Assembly: GCA_050916045.1 (NCBI GenBank)
Contig: CP051526.1
Coordinates: 1,280,001 to 1,344,000, forward strand
DNA from: Tepidisphaera sp.
GTDB taxonomy: Bacteria > Planctomycetota > Phycisphaerae > Phycisphaerales > UBA1924
Length of the DNA stretch: 64,000 nucleotides
Direction: 5' to 3'
Shown here piece after piece: positions 9,730 to 19,956 of the stretch. Numbering within the stretch: the stretch's first letter is position 1; every line of letters starts with the position of its first letter. The translations under genes and the position numbers were made by a program. Under the pieces are notes generated by a model, which saw only the letters and a program-made list of their open reading frames with translations, made no database searches and was not told where the DNA came from.

Positions 9730-10785
9730 TCACCCTCGCAAAGGGCTCTGAGCCCGCCCGCCCGCCGTCGCCGCGGCCGACTTTCCCACCGCCCGGATGA
9801 TCAGGGCCGAGATCACCCCGTGATCCAGCACATCCGCGACCACCGGGAGGGTCTCGGTCCTGCTCCCGGCTTCGCCACGCTTGGCTTTGGATTTGACCGG
9901 TCCGGGAAGCAGGGTCGCCGCGGCCCGACTCGACGAGCGAAGCACCGCATCCGCCGGCAGGCGGCAAAGCATCAGCGAGACCGCCCCGGCCCGGAGGGTC
10001 ACCTCGGACCGGTCCCGACCGGCTTCGATCGCCGGAAAGGCCCGAGAGAACGCGCCGTCATAGGCCAGGGCCGCTCGCTTCATGTCCGCCGTGGCGGAAG
10101 CCAGCCCCTTCGCATCCGCCGCCGGACGCTCAACCGCGAGGGCGGCAAGCGTCGCCAGCGCCGCCCTGAGGTCCTCAAGCTCGCCCTCGAGCTCTTCCCG
10201 CGTGTCCAGCAGCGCGCCGGCCGAACCCCGCATGACCATCGGGATGACCACGCGGGCGATCGGGTCCGCGAGTTCGGCTTCGGCTTTCTGCGCGATGCTC
10301 GCGGGCTCGGCGCGGGCCACGGTGAACCCGTGGCGGCACGCGAACCGATCAAGCCCTGCGACCAGCGGCACGGAGATCGCAGGGTCCGGCCCGCCGCGGA
10401 GCACATCGTGCGCCACCGCTTCGATCAGCTCCCCGCGATCCTCGCCGAAGGACTGCCGCACGAACGGCCGCATCGCCGCATACCGCTCATCCGCCGCGAG
10501 TTTTTCCCAAACCGCCCGCATGTCGTCCGCCGCGTCATCCGGCCCGTGCGAGGACGAGACGACACCCTCGCTCCAAAGCGGCATCGACCATTCCCAGCTT
10601 TCCATCAGCCGCGCATACCGCGCCGACCCCGAAGCCACCGCCCGCACATCCTCAAGCCCACCCTCGCCGCCGCGTGTCCGGAAAACCCCCGGCATGAACG
10701 TCACCACCCGCGAAGCAAGCAGCAGCGAAACCATCGCGGGAAGCTCGCGCGTGGTCAGGTGATACGGACTGACCGCCAAAATCAC
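9730..10785 (-). CDS. Hypothetical protein
   Basis: GTG start overlaps the upstream TGA (GTGA coupling); protein-like composition from ILAVSPYHLTTRELP onward. Confidence 0.7.
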   Translation of the reverse strand: MILAVSPYHLTTRELPAMVSLLLASRVVTFMPGVFRTRGGEGGLEDVRAVASGSARYARLMESWEWSMPLWSEGVVSSSHGPDDAADDMRAVWEKLAADERYAAMRPFVRQSFGEDRGELIEAVAHDVLRGGPDPAISVPLVAGLDRFACRHGFTVARAEPASIAQKAEAELADPIARVVIPMVMRGSAGALLDTREELEGELEDLRAALATLAALAVERPAADAKGLASATADMKRAALAYDGAFSRAFPAIEAGRDRSEVTLRAGAVSLMLCRLPADAVLRSSSRAAATLLPGPVKSKAKRGEAGSRTETLPVVADVLDHGVISALIIRAVGKSAAATAGGRAQSPLRG

Positions 10786-12272
10786 TTGAGCGCCTCCGGC
10801 TTCTCGGCACCGGGAGCGGACGGAACATCGCCCGGCGGAACCATCGGGAGGCGCGGCTTGCGGCCCTCCGAAGCGGCTGTCAGCCATGCACTGATCTCCG
10901 TCAGCCGTCCCGCGACCGACGCGAAGAGCATCTCGTGCCCGACCTGAAGCAGAATCCGCTCCGGTTTGCCCAGCCGCGCCCAAAGCAGATCGCCCAGCGC
11001 CGCTGGCACCGCCCGATCAAGCACACCGTGAAGCATCAGCACCGGTTTGTCCCGAAGCACCTTCGCCGTGTGATATCCGTCCAGCGGAGCCGCCGCCAGA
11101 TAAAACGCGTCAACCCGCCGCTCATCCGCTTCGGTCGGCTCGCCACGGAGCCACCGGTACCGAAGGGCGTCCGCCGTCCGTCGGTAGTTGCTCCGTGAAT
11201 TGATCAGCCAGTAGTCCACGCCCCCGCCGATCAGCACCGCCGCGAGGTAGCGATCAGGCTCGCGTGCGACGACCGTCGGCAGCGTGATCGCCCCGGCGCT
11301 CGACCCCACGACCACCCGCGGCAGGTTCGCCAGATCAGGTCGTACCGACGACACGTGCTGAAAAGCCGCTTCCACCGCGTACGCGATCTCCGCCGCTCGC
11401 GACTGAAGCACCTTGGCCAACTGATTGGCCGGCACGCTCAGGTCCTTCCGCGTGTCAAACTCGAACGTCACCGTCTCCGTGAACCGCGACGACGCCGCCA
11501 AGAGGCGAAGCACGAACCACCCGTCCTGGCGAAGCCGCCGGACCATCACATCGATCACCGTGTCCGGGGTTCCGAACAGTCCCGGCATCACCAGCGCAAT
11601 CCCCCGCGAGCCTGCCGCCGGAAGAATCCCCGACATCGCGTCCCCCGTCGCGTACGGCTCGTAAAGCACGAAGTTGGTCCTTTGCAGCACATGCCGGAGC
11701 GAACCGGGCGGTCCAGCAGGGTCTTGCTCGCTTTCAACCGAGATGTACTTGAACCGGAGCACCGGCCGATCGGTGGGCTTGGCTTTCTGATTGAAGTGAA
11801 GCCCCTCGACGGGCTCGAACGACACGAGGAACGCCCCGCGACCCTCAAAGGCGATCTCACGCGGGCTGGCTTCCTGCGCCGCTTCCCGCCATGTCGCCAT
11901 GTCCCGAAGATCTTCGGCGTTGGGCTGAACGGGCCCGCCCAGCCCATATCGCTGGTACCAGCCGAGCACCTCGCCGGGCATGTCACGAATGACGCCAAGC
12001 TTCGCGTTCGGTCCCTCGCCGACACGCACCCGCTCCGGCCACGCTTTCGAGTAATCGAGGAACTCCCCGTCCGCGTCCGCAGTCCACTTGGGCAGCGGCG
12101 TGAGCACGGGCTTGGGCTCTGGCGTAGCTTCGGGCTTGGTCTCGGGCGGAGCCGAGCTCTGTCCGGCTGCGGAAGTAGTGACGAAAAGCGCGAGCACCGC
12201 AACCGCGGCCCGAGCGATCCACGCCCTTGCGATCCGCGTGCCGACGATGTCACCGCCCGTCGCCATGCTCAT
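10782..12272 (-). CDS. Secreted alpha/beta hydrolase
   Basis: Signal-peptide-like N-terminus, nucleophile elbow VVGSSAG, LHGVLDRAVP, GHE; start overlaps the galE stop. Confidence 0.8.
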   Translation of the reverse strand: MSMATGGDIVGTRIARAWIARAAVAVLALFVTTSAAGQSSAPPETKPEATPEPKPVLTPLPKWTADADGEFLDYSKAWPERVRVGEGPNAKLGVIRDMPGEVLGWYQRYGLGGPVQPNAEDLRDMATWREAAQEASPREIAFEGRGAFLVSFEPVEGLHFNQKAKPTDRPVLRFKYISVESEQDPAGPPGSLRHVLQRTNFVLYEPYATGDAMSGILPAAGSRGIALVMPGLFGTPDTVIDVMVRRLRQDGWFVLRLLAASSRFTETVTFEFDTRKDLSVPANQLAKVLQSRAAEIAYAVEAAFQHVSSVRPDLANLPRVVVGSSAGAITLPTVVAREPDRYLAAVLIGGGVDYWLINSRSNYRRTADALRYRWLRGEPTEADERRVDAFYLAAAPLDGYHTAKVLRDKPVLMLHGVLDRAVPAALGDLLWARLGKPERILLQVGHEMLFASVAGRLTEISAWLTAASEGRKPRLPMVPPGDVPSAPGAEKPEALK

Positions 12273-13306
12273 CCCTTGTACCCGCGCGGGTGCTTCTCAA
12301 ACCACGACCACGCCGACTGCACGATCGTCCTCAGGTCCCCAACCTGCGCCTTCCAGCCAAGTTCCCGCTGGATCTTCGACGTGTCGGCGTAAAGCCGGGC
12401 CGGGTCGCCCGCCCGCCGCGGCTGCTCAACCACCTTGAAGTCCCGTCCGGTCACGCTCCGCACCATCTCGATGATCTCGCGGACCGAATACCCCTTGCCG
12501 ATGCCCAGGTTGTAGTGCCGTTCCTCCCACGCTTCGGGCTTGAGGGCCCGCATCACCGTCTCGTGCGCATCGGCGAGGTCTTCGACATGCACATAGTCGC
12601 GCACGCACGTCCCGTCCGGGGTCGGATAATCAGTCCCGAAAAGCGACACATGCGGCCGCACGCCCAGGGCCGCCTGCAGGATGACCGGGATGATGTGGCT
12701 TTCCGGGTCGTGGTCCTCGCCGAGAACCCCGCCCCGGTGCGCACCGGCGACGTTGAAGTACCGGAGCGCGGCGTAGGAAAACGGCTGCTTCTTGCGCCGG
12801 CACCCCTCGGCGACGTCGCGCAGAATGTGCTCGCCGTGAAGCTTGGTCCAGCCGTACGGGCTCATGGGGTTCTGGGGGCAGTCCTCGCGGACGGGGATCT
12901 GGTTCTCGGGAGGCATGCCGTAGGTCGCGCAGGAACTGCTGAACACGAACCTCGGCACGCCCGCCGCGACCACCGCGTCCAGCAGCGAGATCATGCCGAC
13001 GATGTTGTTCCGGTAATACCAGAGGGGGTGGTCGACGCTCTCGCCGACGTACGCGAGTGCCGCAAAGTGCATGACCGCGTCGATCTTGTGCTTGCGGAGG
13101 GCGTCCTCGACCAGCCCGCGATCGGCGATGTCGCCCGCGAGGAACGAGAAGTTCTTGCCGCTGGGCGAGTGCTTGAGGATGTGCACGGCGGCTTGGTTGC
13201 CGCGGTGCAGGTTGTCGACCGCAACGACGGTGTGCCCCTCGGTGAGCAGTTTGAGACAGGCGTGAGACCCGATGTAGCCGGCGCCGCCGGTGACCAAGAC
13301 GTTCAT
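12269..13306 (-). CDS. galE: UDP-glucose 4-epimerase
   Basis: VTGGAGYIGSH, HFAALAYVGES, FSSSCATYG, YGWTK, LRYFNVAGA, DGTCVRDYVHV. Confidence 0.97.
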   Translation of the reverse strand: MNVLVTGGAGYIGSHACLKLLTEGHTVVAVDNLHRGNQAAVHILKHSPSGKNFSFLAGDIADRGLVEDALRKHKIDAVMHFAALAYVGESVDHPLWYYRNNIVGMISLLDAVVAAGVPRFVFSSSCATYGMPPENQIPVREDCPQNPMSPYGWTKLHGEHILRDVAEGCRRKKQPFSYAALRYFNVAGAHRGGVLGEDHDPESHIIPVILQAALGVRPHVSLFGTDYPTPDGTCVRDYVHVEDLADAHETVMRALKPEAWEERHYNLGIGKGYSVREIIEMVRSVTGRDFKVVEQPRRAGDPARLYADTSKIQRELGWKAQVGDLRTIVQSAWSWFEKHPRGYKG

Positions 13307-13406
13307 GACGGATGATATCGGCCCGCCGGGTCCGGACCTTTGTTCCCGGCTCGCCGGGTGCCACCGCTCCGCCCGGCCGCCCGCGCCGGTTCACCTACCA
13401 TCGGGA

Positions 13407-14405
13407 ATGCTCGCGGCGCGTGATCTTCGGGTCGGTTTCGTCGATGCCCAGGGCACGACGCGTGACGCCGTCCGATCCGCTTCCCTCACGGTTCATCCCG
13501 GCCAGATCGTCGCGGTGGTGGGGGAGTCCGGATCGGGCAAGAGCGTCACCGCTCTCGCGCTCATGGGCCTGCTCCCGCCCTCGGCCCGGGTCCAGAACGC
13601 GCCGCCCGTCCGCGCCGCCGCAGGCCCGCGGCTTGCCATGATCTTCCAAGAGCCGATGTCGAGCCTCAACCCGTCGATGACCATCGGCGACCAGATCGCC
13701 GAAGCCGTCACGATCCACCAGGGCCTCCGCGGACCCCAGCTCCGGCAAGCGTGCGAAGCCGCTCTCGCCGATGTCGGCATCACCGACGCCAAGCGACGCC
13801 TCGGCCAGTACCCCCACGAGTTCTCCGGCGGGATGTGCCAGCGCGTCATGATCGCGATGGCTCTCGCCTGCCGCCCCGACTTCCTCATCGCCGATGAACC
13901 CACCACCGCGCTGGACGCGACCGTGCAAGCTCAGATTCTGGACCTGATCGCGTCCCGCGTGCACCCCCGCGCCGCCGACTCCAGCCCGCTCGGCGTCCTC
14001 CTGATCACCCACGACCTCGGGGTCGTCGCCCAGCGCGCCGATGTCGTCTGCGTCATGTATTCCGGCCGCGTCGTCGAGTACGGACGCGCCGCCCGGGTCC
14101 TTCGGTCGCCGATGCACCCGTACACGCAGGCTCTCCTCGGCTGCGCGCCGCGGCTGGGTCGCCGCGTCGAGCGCCTTCCGACCGTCGCCGAGGTCGTGAC
14201 CGAAGCTTCACTCATCGTTCACACCCCGCTGGGCGAGCGGACCGCATGGTGGCCGGCGGAGAACGCGTCGAGCGAGAAGGCGGATCCGGCCCTGATCCCC
14301 GTGGGCGAGGAGTGCTGGCTTTGCATCAGGCCTCAGGCGGGCGACCCCGCGCCGTCCGCGCCGGATCTCGCTCCGCTCATGCTTGCCGACGCGGGACGCC
14401 GATAG
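13407..14405 (+). CDS. Oligopeptide/dipeptide ABC transporter ATP-binding protein (OppD/DppD-like)
   Basis: GESGSGKS Walker A, IFQEPMSSLNP, YPHEFSGGMCQR, IADEPTTALD, ITHDL, HPYT. Confidence 0.9.
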   Translation: MLAARDLRVGFVDAQGTTRDAVRSASLTVHPGQIVAVVGESGSGKSVTALALMGLLPPSARVQNAPPVRAAAGPRLAMIFQEPMSSLNPSMTIGDQIAEAVTIHQGLRGPQLRQACEAALADVGITDAKRRLGQYPHEFSGGMCQRVMIAMALACRPDFLIADEPTTALDATVQAQILDLIASRVHPRAADSSPLGVLLITHDLGVVAQRADVVCVMYSGRVVEYGRAARVLRSPMHPYTQALLGCAPRLGRRVERLPTVAEVVTEASLIVHTPLGERTAWWPAENASSEKADPALIPVGEECWLCIRPQAGDPAPSAPDLAPLMLADAGRR

Positions 14406-14417
14406 AGGTCGATCCCC

Positions 14418-15566
14418 ATGCGCGTGCTGATCATCACAGACTCGCTCTTCGCCGCCCGTGAGTGGGAGATGTTCTCGCGCCTCGAGATCGGTCTGGCTTC
14501 CGAAGGGATTTCGGTCGTCCACGCGATCCCCGCCGATGCGCTGTCGCACGTGATGAGCACCGGCGACAACCCCGTCTTCTCGACGATCATCCCGTTCGTG
14601 CACTCGTCGGTGCCGTTCACCATGGGCCTGCGGATCCAGCGGCTGGTCGCGGCGGTTCGTAGTCGCCTCGGGCTGGACGACGAGGAGCCGGCGTTTGACA
14701 TCGTCCACGCTTTCGGCGGCCGGGCGATTCCCTTGGCCCTTGCCGCGGCCGAGCGGGAGGATGTTCCGGTGGTGATCGAAGCTTGGCGGACCGGCTCGGC
14801 CGCCCGCTTGGCCGCGACCGCCCGCACCGGGGGCCCCACGGTCTATTTCTCGGCTCCGGACGTCGCGATTCAGCGTGAGATCCTCGCGCTGGGCAAGTCC
14901 GGGCCCGCGGCTTCGGCCGCGATTCAGGAACGCGTCCGTGTCGTGCCCTGGGGGGTCCATATGCCCGAATGGGTCCGGGCCAAGCCCTTCGGTGAGCACA
15001 CGCTTTCGGCCATGATCATCGGGTCCGGGCACGACGCGACGGGCATGACCGCCGCGCTGGACGGCCTGGCTCGGGCCTGCCCCAAGGACCGCGAGCTTCT
15101 GGTCTTCGTCGATGCCGACGCCGGCCGCCGGGCCCGGTTGTGGAAGCAAGCCAACCGGCTTGGCATCGCCGGCGCGGTCTCGTTCGTCGACAACCTCGAA
15201 GCCCGCCGCGATCTGCTCGTGGCCGGCGACCTTCTGATCTCCCCCGAATCCCGCGGCGAGCACCGGACGGCGATTCTCGAAGCGTTCGCGTGCGAGATGC
15301 TCGTCGTTTCCGCCGCGGATCCCGGCGTCTCGTGCTTGCGTGACGGCCACACCGCACGGCTTGTCGCCGGCCCACACCCCGCCGCATGGGAAGCCGCGAT
15401 CCGTTCGCTCATGGATGACCCGGCCGGATCGCGAAGTCTCGCACAGTCCGCCAAGCAGTACGTCCAGGACCATCACCTCGCGTCGACGCAGGTCCGCCTT
15501 CTGATTGATCTGTACACGCAAGCCGCCGGGAGCGGCACCCTCAAGCTTCACGCTTCCAGCACGTGA
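14418..15566 (+). CDS. GT-B fold glycosyltransferase (GT4-like), divergent
   Basis: MRVLII start, DIVHAFG, GDLLISP...ILEAFACEMLVV, DGHTARLV. Confidence 0.7.
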   Translation: MRVLIITDSLFAAREWEMFSRLEIGLASEGISVVHAIPADALSHVMSTGDNPVFSTIIPFVHSSVPFTMGLRIQRLVAAVRSRLGLDDEEPAFDIVHAFGGRAIPLALAAAEREDVPVVIEAWRTGSAARLAATARTGGPTVYFSAPDVAIQREILALGKSGPAASAAIQERVRVVPWGVHMPEWVRAKPFGEHTLSAMIIGSGHDATGMTAALDGLARACPKDRELLVFVDADAGRRARLWKQANRLGIAGAVSFVDNLEARRDLLVAGDLLISPESRGEHRTAILEAFACEMLVVSAADPGVSCLRDGHTARLVAGPHPAAWEAAIRSLMDDPAGSRSLAQSAKQYVQDHHLASTQVRLLIDLYTQAAGSGTLKLHASST

Positions 15567-16071
15567 CCGGCCTTGCCGGGATGCTGAAGGGTGAATGCGA
15601 GGGCATGACGACACGCGACCCCCACGCCGAACGGTCCCGAAAGCCCGGCCACCTCCAAAGGGCCGGGCTTTCGGGAGTCGCCCGTACATCCGTCAGCCAG
15701 ATGAGCGAGGCGTATCTCGCCCCCCTGCGAGACCGCCAGTAGGCTTCGCTTGCGGCGATGTCCGTCCCGAAGATATCGCGGATGGCACCCAGCCCGCGCG
15801 GGGTGAGCCCGCGGATGTGCAGCGCCCCCGCGACGGTGGCTTGAAGCCGAAACCCGCCGCCCTTCTCGCGGAAGTGAACCGTGTCGCCGGCGTGGACGCA
15901 CTCGAAAGCCGGCCCCCGGACCTTGGTCAGCCTGCACTCGATGGTCTTTCGGCCCGAGAGGATCCGGTCCGCCAAGACGGGCGCGATGATCGCGACGTGC
16001 TCACGCAAGCGGTCGGCGGGCGCGGTGGTCGAGAGCTTGATGAGACGCACGAACGCTTCGCGGGAGAGCAT
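15541..16071 (-). CDS. ASCH/PUA-like domain protein
   Basis: ILSGRKTIECR (GxKxxExR motif) and AGDTVHF. Confidence 0.7.
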   Translation of the reverse strand: MLSREAFVRLIKLSTTAPADRLREHVAIIAPVLADRILSGRKTIECRLTKVRGPAFECVHAGDTVHFREKGGGFRLQATVAGALHIRGLTPRGLGAIRDIFGTDIAASEAYWRSRRGARYASLIWLTDVRATPESPALWRWPGFRDRSAWGSRVVMPSHSPFSIPARPVTCWKREA

Positions 16072-16079
16072 GGCCCCGA

Positions 16080-16454
16080 TTATCGACGATCAGCGTCGAT
16101 TGGCGGCTTTTCCGCGGGGGGTAATTGCGGGGCTTCCACAACTTCGTGGCGCACTTCGACATCGAACCCGAAAACTGTGTTGCACTCGGGGCAGACGCCG
16201 CGCATCCCCAAGCCCCGGAGCGAATAACCGCAGGTCGGACACGACCGCGACGGAGCCCCGCCCCCCGCTCCCGAGGGGACCGACCACGGGTACCCGACGC
16301 CCCCCCGCATGAGGTTCACCAGGGCGATCACGGGAAAGAGGATGATCGCCAGGACGATGCCGATGAGAACGGCTCCGACCAGAAGCACGATGCCCACGAC
16401 CGCCAGCAGAAGCAACAGCGGCTGAATCGCCCAGGATGGAATGCGCAGCTTCAT
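16080..16454 (-). CDS. Small membrane protein with CxxC-CxxC zinc ribbon
   Basis: Hydrophobic N-terminal hairpin followed by CPTCGYSLRGL...CPECN. Confidence 0.75.
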   Translation of the reverse strand: MKLRIPSWAIQPLLLLLAVVGIVLLVGAVLIGIVLAIILFPVIALVNLMRGGVGYPWSVPSGAGGGAPSRSCPTCGYSLRGLGMRGVCPECNTVFGFDVEVRHEVVEAPQLPPAEKPPIDADRR

Positions 16455-16476
16455 GGAGAGTTGACTGGAGGAACGC

Positions 16477-16911
16477 TCAGAGGAATCGGAACTCTACCTC
16501 CCAAAGGTCCGCCGCCGAGCCTTGACCGAACGGCTTGAGCGCGAGCCGGAGGTGACGGCCCAGGGTTTGATTGTCGATCGCGTCGATGGCTTCCACGTCC
16601 GCCTTCTTGGCTTCGGTCCAGATGAACATTGCACCGGGGCACTCGTCGAGATTCGCGCCCGCGCAGCCCCGATAGTCCCCACGCTGCTCCCAGCAAGCGT
16701 CGCGCCTGCGGACGTCAGCGTCGAACCTCTGGATATAGACCCGTCCGTAACCTCCTTGACGGGGTTTGTCGAGAACCGCTTTCCAGTGCTCGCCGGCTTG
16801 CCCGTATGAGGCGGCGTGAATGCGTATCTGGAGGACTCCGGGCCGGATTTCCTCAACGTCGATCTTTCCGTAGCTGCTCTTCAACATCGCCATCAGTCGA
16901 CTCCTGACCAC
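16477..16911 (-). CDS. Hypothetical protein (lower GC)
   Basis: 144-aa ORF with protein-like composition, co-oriented downstream of hldE. Confidence 0.55.
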   Translation of the reverse strand: MVRSRLMAMLKSSYGKIDVEEIRPGVLQIRIHAASYGQAGEHWKAVLDKPRQGGYGRVYIQRFDADVRRRDACWEQRGDYRGCAGANLDECPGAMFIWTEAKKADVEAIDAIDNQTLGRHLRLALKPFGQGSAADLWEVEFRFL

Positions 16912-16936
16912 GAGGAAGTTTGGGCCCGCGAGCCGT

Positions 16937-18421
16937 TCAGCCCTTCATCTTCTTGATCGTTCCCGTCGTGCTCCGGCCCGGGACGAGGTCGATGAGAGCC
17001 ACCTTGCCGCCGTAGGACTCGACGAAGTCGGCTCCCACGACGCGGTCCTTGGTGTAATCGCCGCCCTTGACGAGGACGTCGGGGCGGATCGCTTCGATGA
17101 GGGCTTTGGGGGTGTCGTCGTCGAAGATGATGACCGCGCCGACGGAGCCGATGCTCGCCATGACGCGGGCGCGGTCGGCTTGCGGGTTGATCGGTCGCTC
17201 CGGACCTTTGCCCAGGCGACGCACCGAAGCGTCGGAATTGATCCCGACGACCAGGAAGTCGCCGAGCGCCGCGGACCGCTCGAGCAGATCGACGTGGCCC
17301 GTGTGCAGGATGTCGAAAACACCGTTGGTGAAGACGATCTTGTGTCCAAGGGCTCGGTGGGCGTCGATCTCGAGCTTGAGCTGGTCGAGCGTCCGCACCT
17401 TGCCCGCGAGGCGCCCCGAATTCTCAAGCAGAAAGTGGTGCACTCGGTCGAAGGGGATCGGCTGCACGCCGAAGACCTCAACCTCAAGCCCCGCCGCCGC
17501 GTTCGCAAGCCGCACCGCATCAACCCACGGCATCGCGTTCGCCCGCGCCGCCGCAAGCCCCGCCAGGAACATGTCCCCCGCGCCCGTCACGTCGTACACC
17601 TCACGGGCCACCGTCGGGACGGCGACCGGCGTTCCGTTGCGCTCGAGAAGCAGGGCTCCGTGCCGGTCGAGCGTGAGCACCACGGCTTCGAGGTCAAGCG
17701 AGGAAAGCAAGGCATGAGCGACCTGGGCGTTGTGGTCGGCGTTGGAGGAGTCCTCGGCGGTTCGCAAGCCCGTCGCGGTCTCGGCTTCGGTGCGGTTGGG
17801 GGTGATCACGGTCGCGCCGCGGTACTTGCCGTAGTCCTCGATGCGGGCGGGATCGACGAGCACGGGCTTGCCCGCTTCGCGAGCCATCTTGATCACGCCC
17901 TGGCAGAGCATCTCGGTGCAGACACCCTTGTTGTAATCCTCGATGCAGACGACGTCGGAGTGGACCAGCGCGGTCTGGAACGCGTCGAGCACGCGGCGGG
18001 TCTGGTCGAAGGAAAGCGGCTCCTTGGACTCGTGGTCGACCCGGAACATCTTCTGCGGGTGGCGGGCTTGCGCGAGGCCGATGAGGTTCTGCTTGACGGT
18101 GGTGGGGCGGGCGCGATCTTCGAGGAGGGCTCCGCAGCCGACGCGTTCATCTTCGAGAGCTTGTCGGAGGAGCAGGGCGTTCGGGTCCGCACCCGTGACG
18201 CCTACGGCTTCCACATTGCCCTTGAGAGCGACAAGGTCGAGGCAGACGTTCGCCGCGCCGCCCGGACGGTTGTCGATCTTAGCGACGTGGAGCACGGGGA
18301 CGGGAGCGTCCGCGGCGAGCCGCTCGGCGTTGCCGTAGATCAGTTGGTCGAGCATGTAGTCGCCGACGACCACGGCGGAGAATGGCTTCCAAGCGGCGAG
18401 TTGATCGAGCATCCTGTCCAT
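16937..18421 (-). CDS. hldE: Bifunctional D-glycero-beta-D-manno-heptose-7-phosphate kinase / heptose-1-phosphate adenylyltransferase
   Basis: VGDYMLD, GGAANV, TPNRTEA, DVTGAGD (PfkB kinase), then FTNGVFDILHTGH, NSDASV, LVKGGDY, STT (cytidylyltransferase-like). Confidence 0.95.
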   Translation of the reverse strand: MDRMLDQLAAWKPFSAVVVGDYMLDQLIYGNAERLAADAPVPVLHVAKIDNRPGGAANVCLDLVALKGNVEAVGVTGADPNALLLRQALEDERVGCGALLEDRARPTTVKQNLIGLAQARHPQKMFRVDHESKEPLSFDQTRRVLDAFQTALVHSDVVCIEDYNKGVCTEMLCQGVIKMAREAGKPVLVDPARIEDYGKYRGATVITPNRTEAETATGLRTAEDSSNADHNAQVAHALLSSLDLEAVVLTLDRHGALLLERNGTPVAVPTVAREVYDVTGAGDMFLAGLAAARANAMPWVDAVRLANAAAGLEVEVFGVQPIPFDRVHHFLLENSGRLAGKVRTLDQLKLEIDAHRALGHKIVFTNGVFDILHTGHVDLLERSAALGDFLVVGINSDASVRRLGKGPERPINPQADRARVMASIGSVGAVIIFDDDTPKALIEAIRPDVLVKGGDYTKDRVVGADFVESYGGKVALIDLVPGRSTTGTIKKMKG

Positions 18422-18473
18422 GAGCCGGAGGTTATGCCCCGGGGGCCGGGCTCACGGGAGGCTTCGTTGGGAT

Positions 18474-19574
18474 TCACGGCTTGCGCCAGGATCGGACGGC
18501 GCTGATGACGAGGTCCGCCAGTTCGCCCCCGCCGCGGTCGAACGAAAGGGCGAGCCGGGGGCGCAGGACCGGACAGGGCCAGCGTTCCTCCGGCTGGGCT
18601 CGGAGTTTGGACCAGTCCTTCTCGGTGACGAGGATGAGGTCGGCACCCTTGTCCTTCGCACCGCGGATGAACGCTTCGAGGGTCGGGCCGGCGAAGGGGT
18701 CGTGGTCGGGGAGGATGGCTTCGTGGACGACCTCGGCGAGGGATTTGACGTGGGCGACGAAGGGCCCGGGGTTGCCGATGGCGCAGCCGAGCGCGACCTT
18801 GCGGCCGCGGATGAACTCCGGCGGCACCGTGCGTTCCTTGGTCCCCTCGCCGGTCACGAGGTTCTTCCAGGTATGGCGGCAGACGGCGAGCGGGCGTTTG
18901 CCGGTGAGGTCCTCGATCTTGCCGGAGAGTTCGGCGATGCGAAGGGGCGGGACGGCTTCGGCGTGCGTCAGGACGACGGCGTCGGCCCGCTTGAGGCCGG
19001 CGAGGGGCTCGCGGAGGAACCCGGCGGGGAGCTGGCGGTCCTCGAACGGGCTTCGTGTCGCGTCGATGAGGACGATGTCGCAGTCGCGCCAAAGCTGGCG
19101 GTGCTGGAAGCCGTCGTCGAGGAGGACGGAATCGACCCGCGAGCCGCGGCTTGTGGTGAAAAGCTCCTTGAGTTCTTCCAGCCGGTCGGGGCCGACGGCG
19201 AGGGCGACGCCGGGGATGAGCCTCGTGTACTGCTGGGCTTCGTCGGAATCCGCGGGCGAGCCGGTCGCGGACTTGTACCCCCGGAGCGCAATGCAGGGCG
19301 TGCGGCCGGCGTCCTTGAGGACTTGGTAGAGGTGGGCGACCATCGGGGTCTTGCCCGTACCGCCGGCGGAGAGGTTGCCGATGGAGACGACGGGGCGGTC
19401 GGCCCGCTTGCCGGGGTTGACGTCGTACCAGCCGTTTCGAAGGCCCGCGGCCTGTCCGTAGATCCAGCCCAAAGCGTGACCGAGCTTGGTGGGCATCGGC
19501 CCGGTCGGTCGACCGGGCGAAGCGTCAGTTGCTGGGGTGCCCTTCGGGGGTGGAGGACTGCTGGGCTTTGGCAT
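18474..19574 (-). CDS. lpxK: Tetraacyldisaccharide 4'-kinase
   Basis: SIGNLSAGGTGKTP, RGYK, SDEA, LDDGFQH, LPAGFLREP, AIGNP, DH, TEKD. Confidence 0.95.
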   Translation of the reverse strand: MPKPSSPPPPKGTPATDASPGRPTGPMPTKLGHALGWIYGQAAGLRNGWYDVNPGKRADRPVVSIGNLSAGGTGKTPMVAHLYQVLKDAGRTPCIALRGYKSATGSPADSDEAQQYTRLIPGVALAVGPDRLEELKELFTTSRGSRVDSVLLDDGFQHRQLWRDCDIVLIDATRSPFEDRQLPAGFLREPLAGLKRADAVVLTHAEAVPPLRIAELSGKIEDLTGKRPLAVCRHTWKNLVTGEGTKERTVPPEFIRGRKVALGCAIGNPGPFVAHVKSLAEVVHEAILPDHDPFAGPTLEAFIRGAKDKGADLILVTEKDWSKLRAQPEERWPCPVLRPRLALSFDRGGGELADLVISAVRSWRKP

Positions 19575-19956
19575 GGTTGCGGGCGTGTTCGAGGAGGGCG
19601 TGCTGCAGAGCCTTGATCTGCGTGCGCACGGCGCGGGCGCTTCGGTACGAGAGCCAAAGGTTATTCAGCAGATCGGCCACCGCCATCGCGACCACCAGCG
19701 AGACCAGACCGACGACCGCGCACCACGTCAGCACGAAGAACCGGGGGTCCTTGGGCGAGACGGCGCAGAACGCAAAGGCCGTCAGCGGCACCACGATCAT
19801 CATCAGGAGGCCGTTGGCGACCCGGATGCGCCGGCGGCTGGGGGGCATCTCGGCCGAGCGCATCGCGATCATGTGGGAGCCCACGGCGATCACGAGCATC
19901 ATCGCCGGGGGGACGACGATCCACGCGGGGAGCATGGCTCTGGTTTCGTCGATCAT
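19525..19956 (-). CDS. Hypothetical membrane protein (about 3 TM segments)
   Basis: Three hydrophobic stretches; ATG overlaps the maf stop. Confidence 0.7.
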   Translation of the reverse strand: MIDETRAMLPAWIVVPPAMMLVIAVGSHMIAMRSAEMPPSRRRIRVANGLLMMIVVPLTAFAFCAVSPKDPRFFVLTWCAVVGLVSLVVAMAVADLLNNLWLSYRSARAVRTQIKALQHALLEHARNHAKAQQSSTPEGHPSN

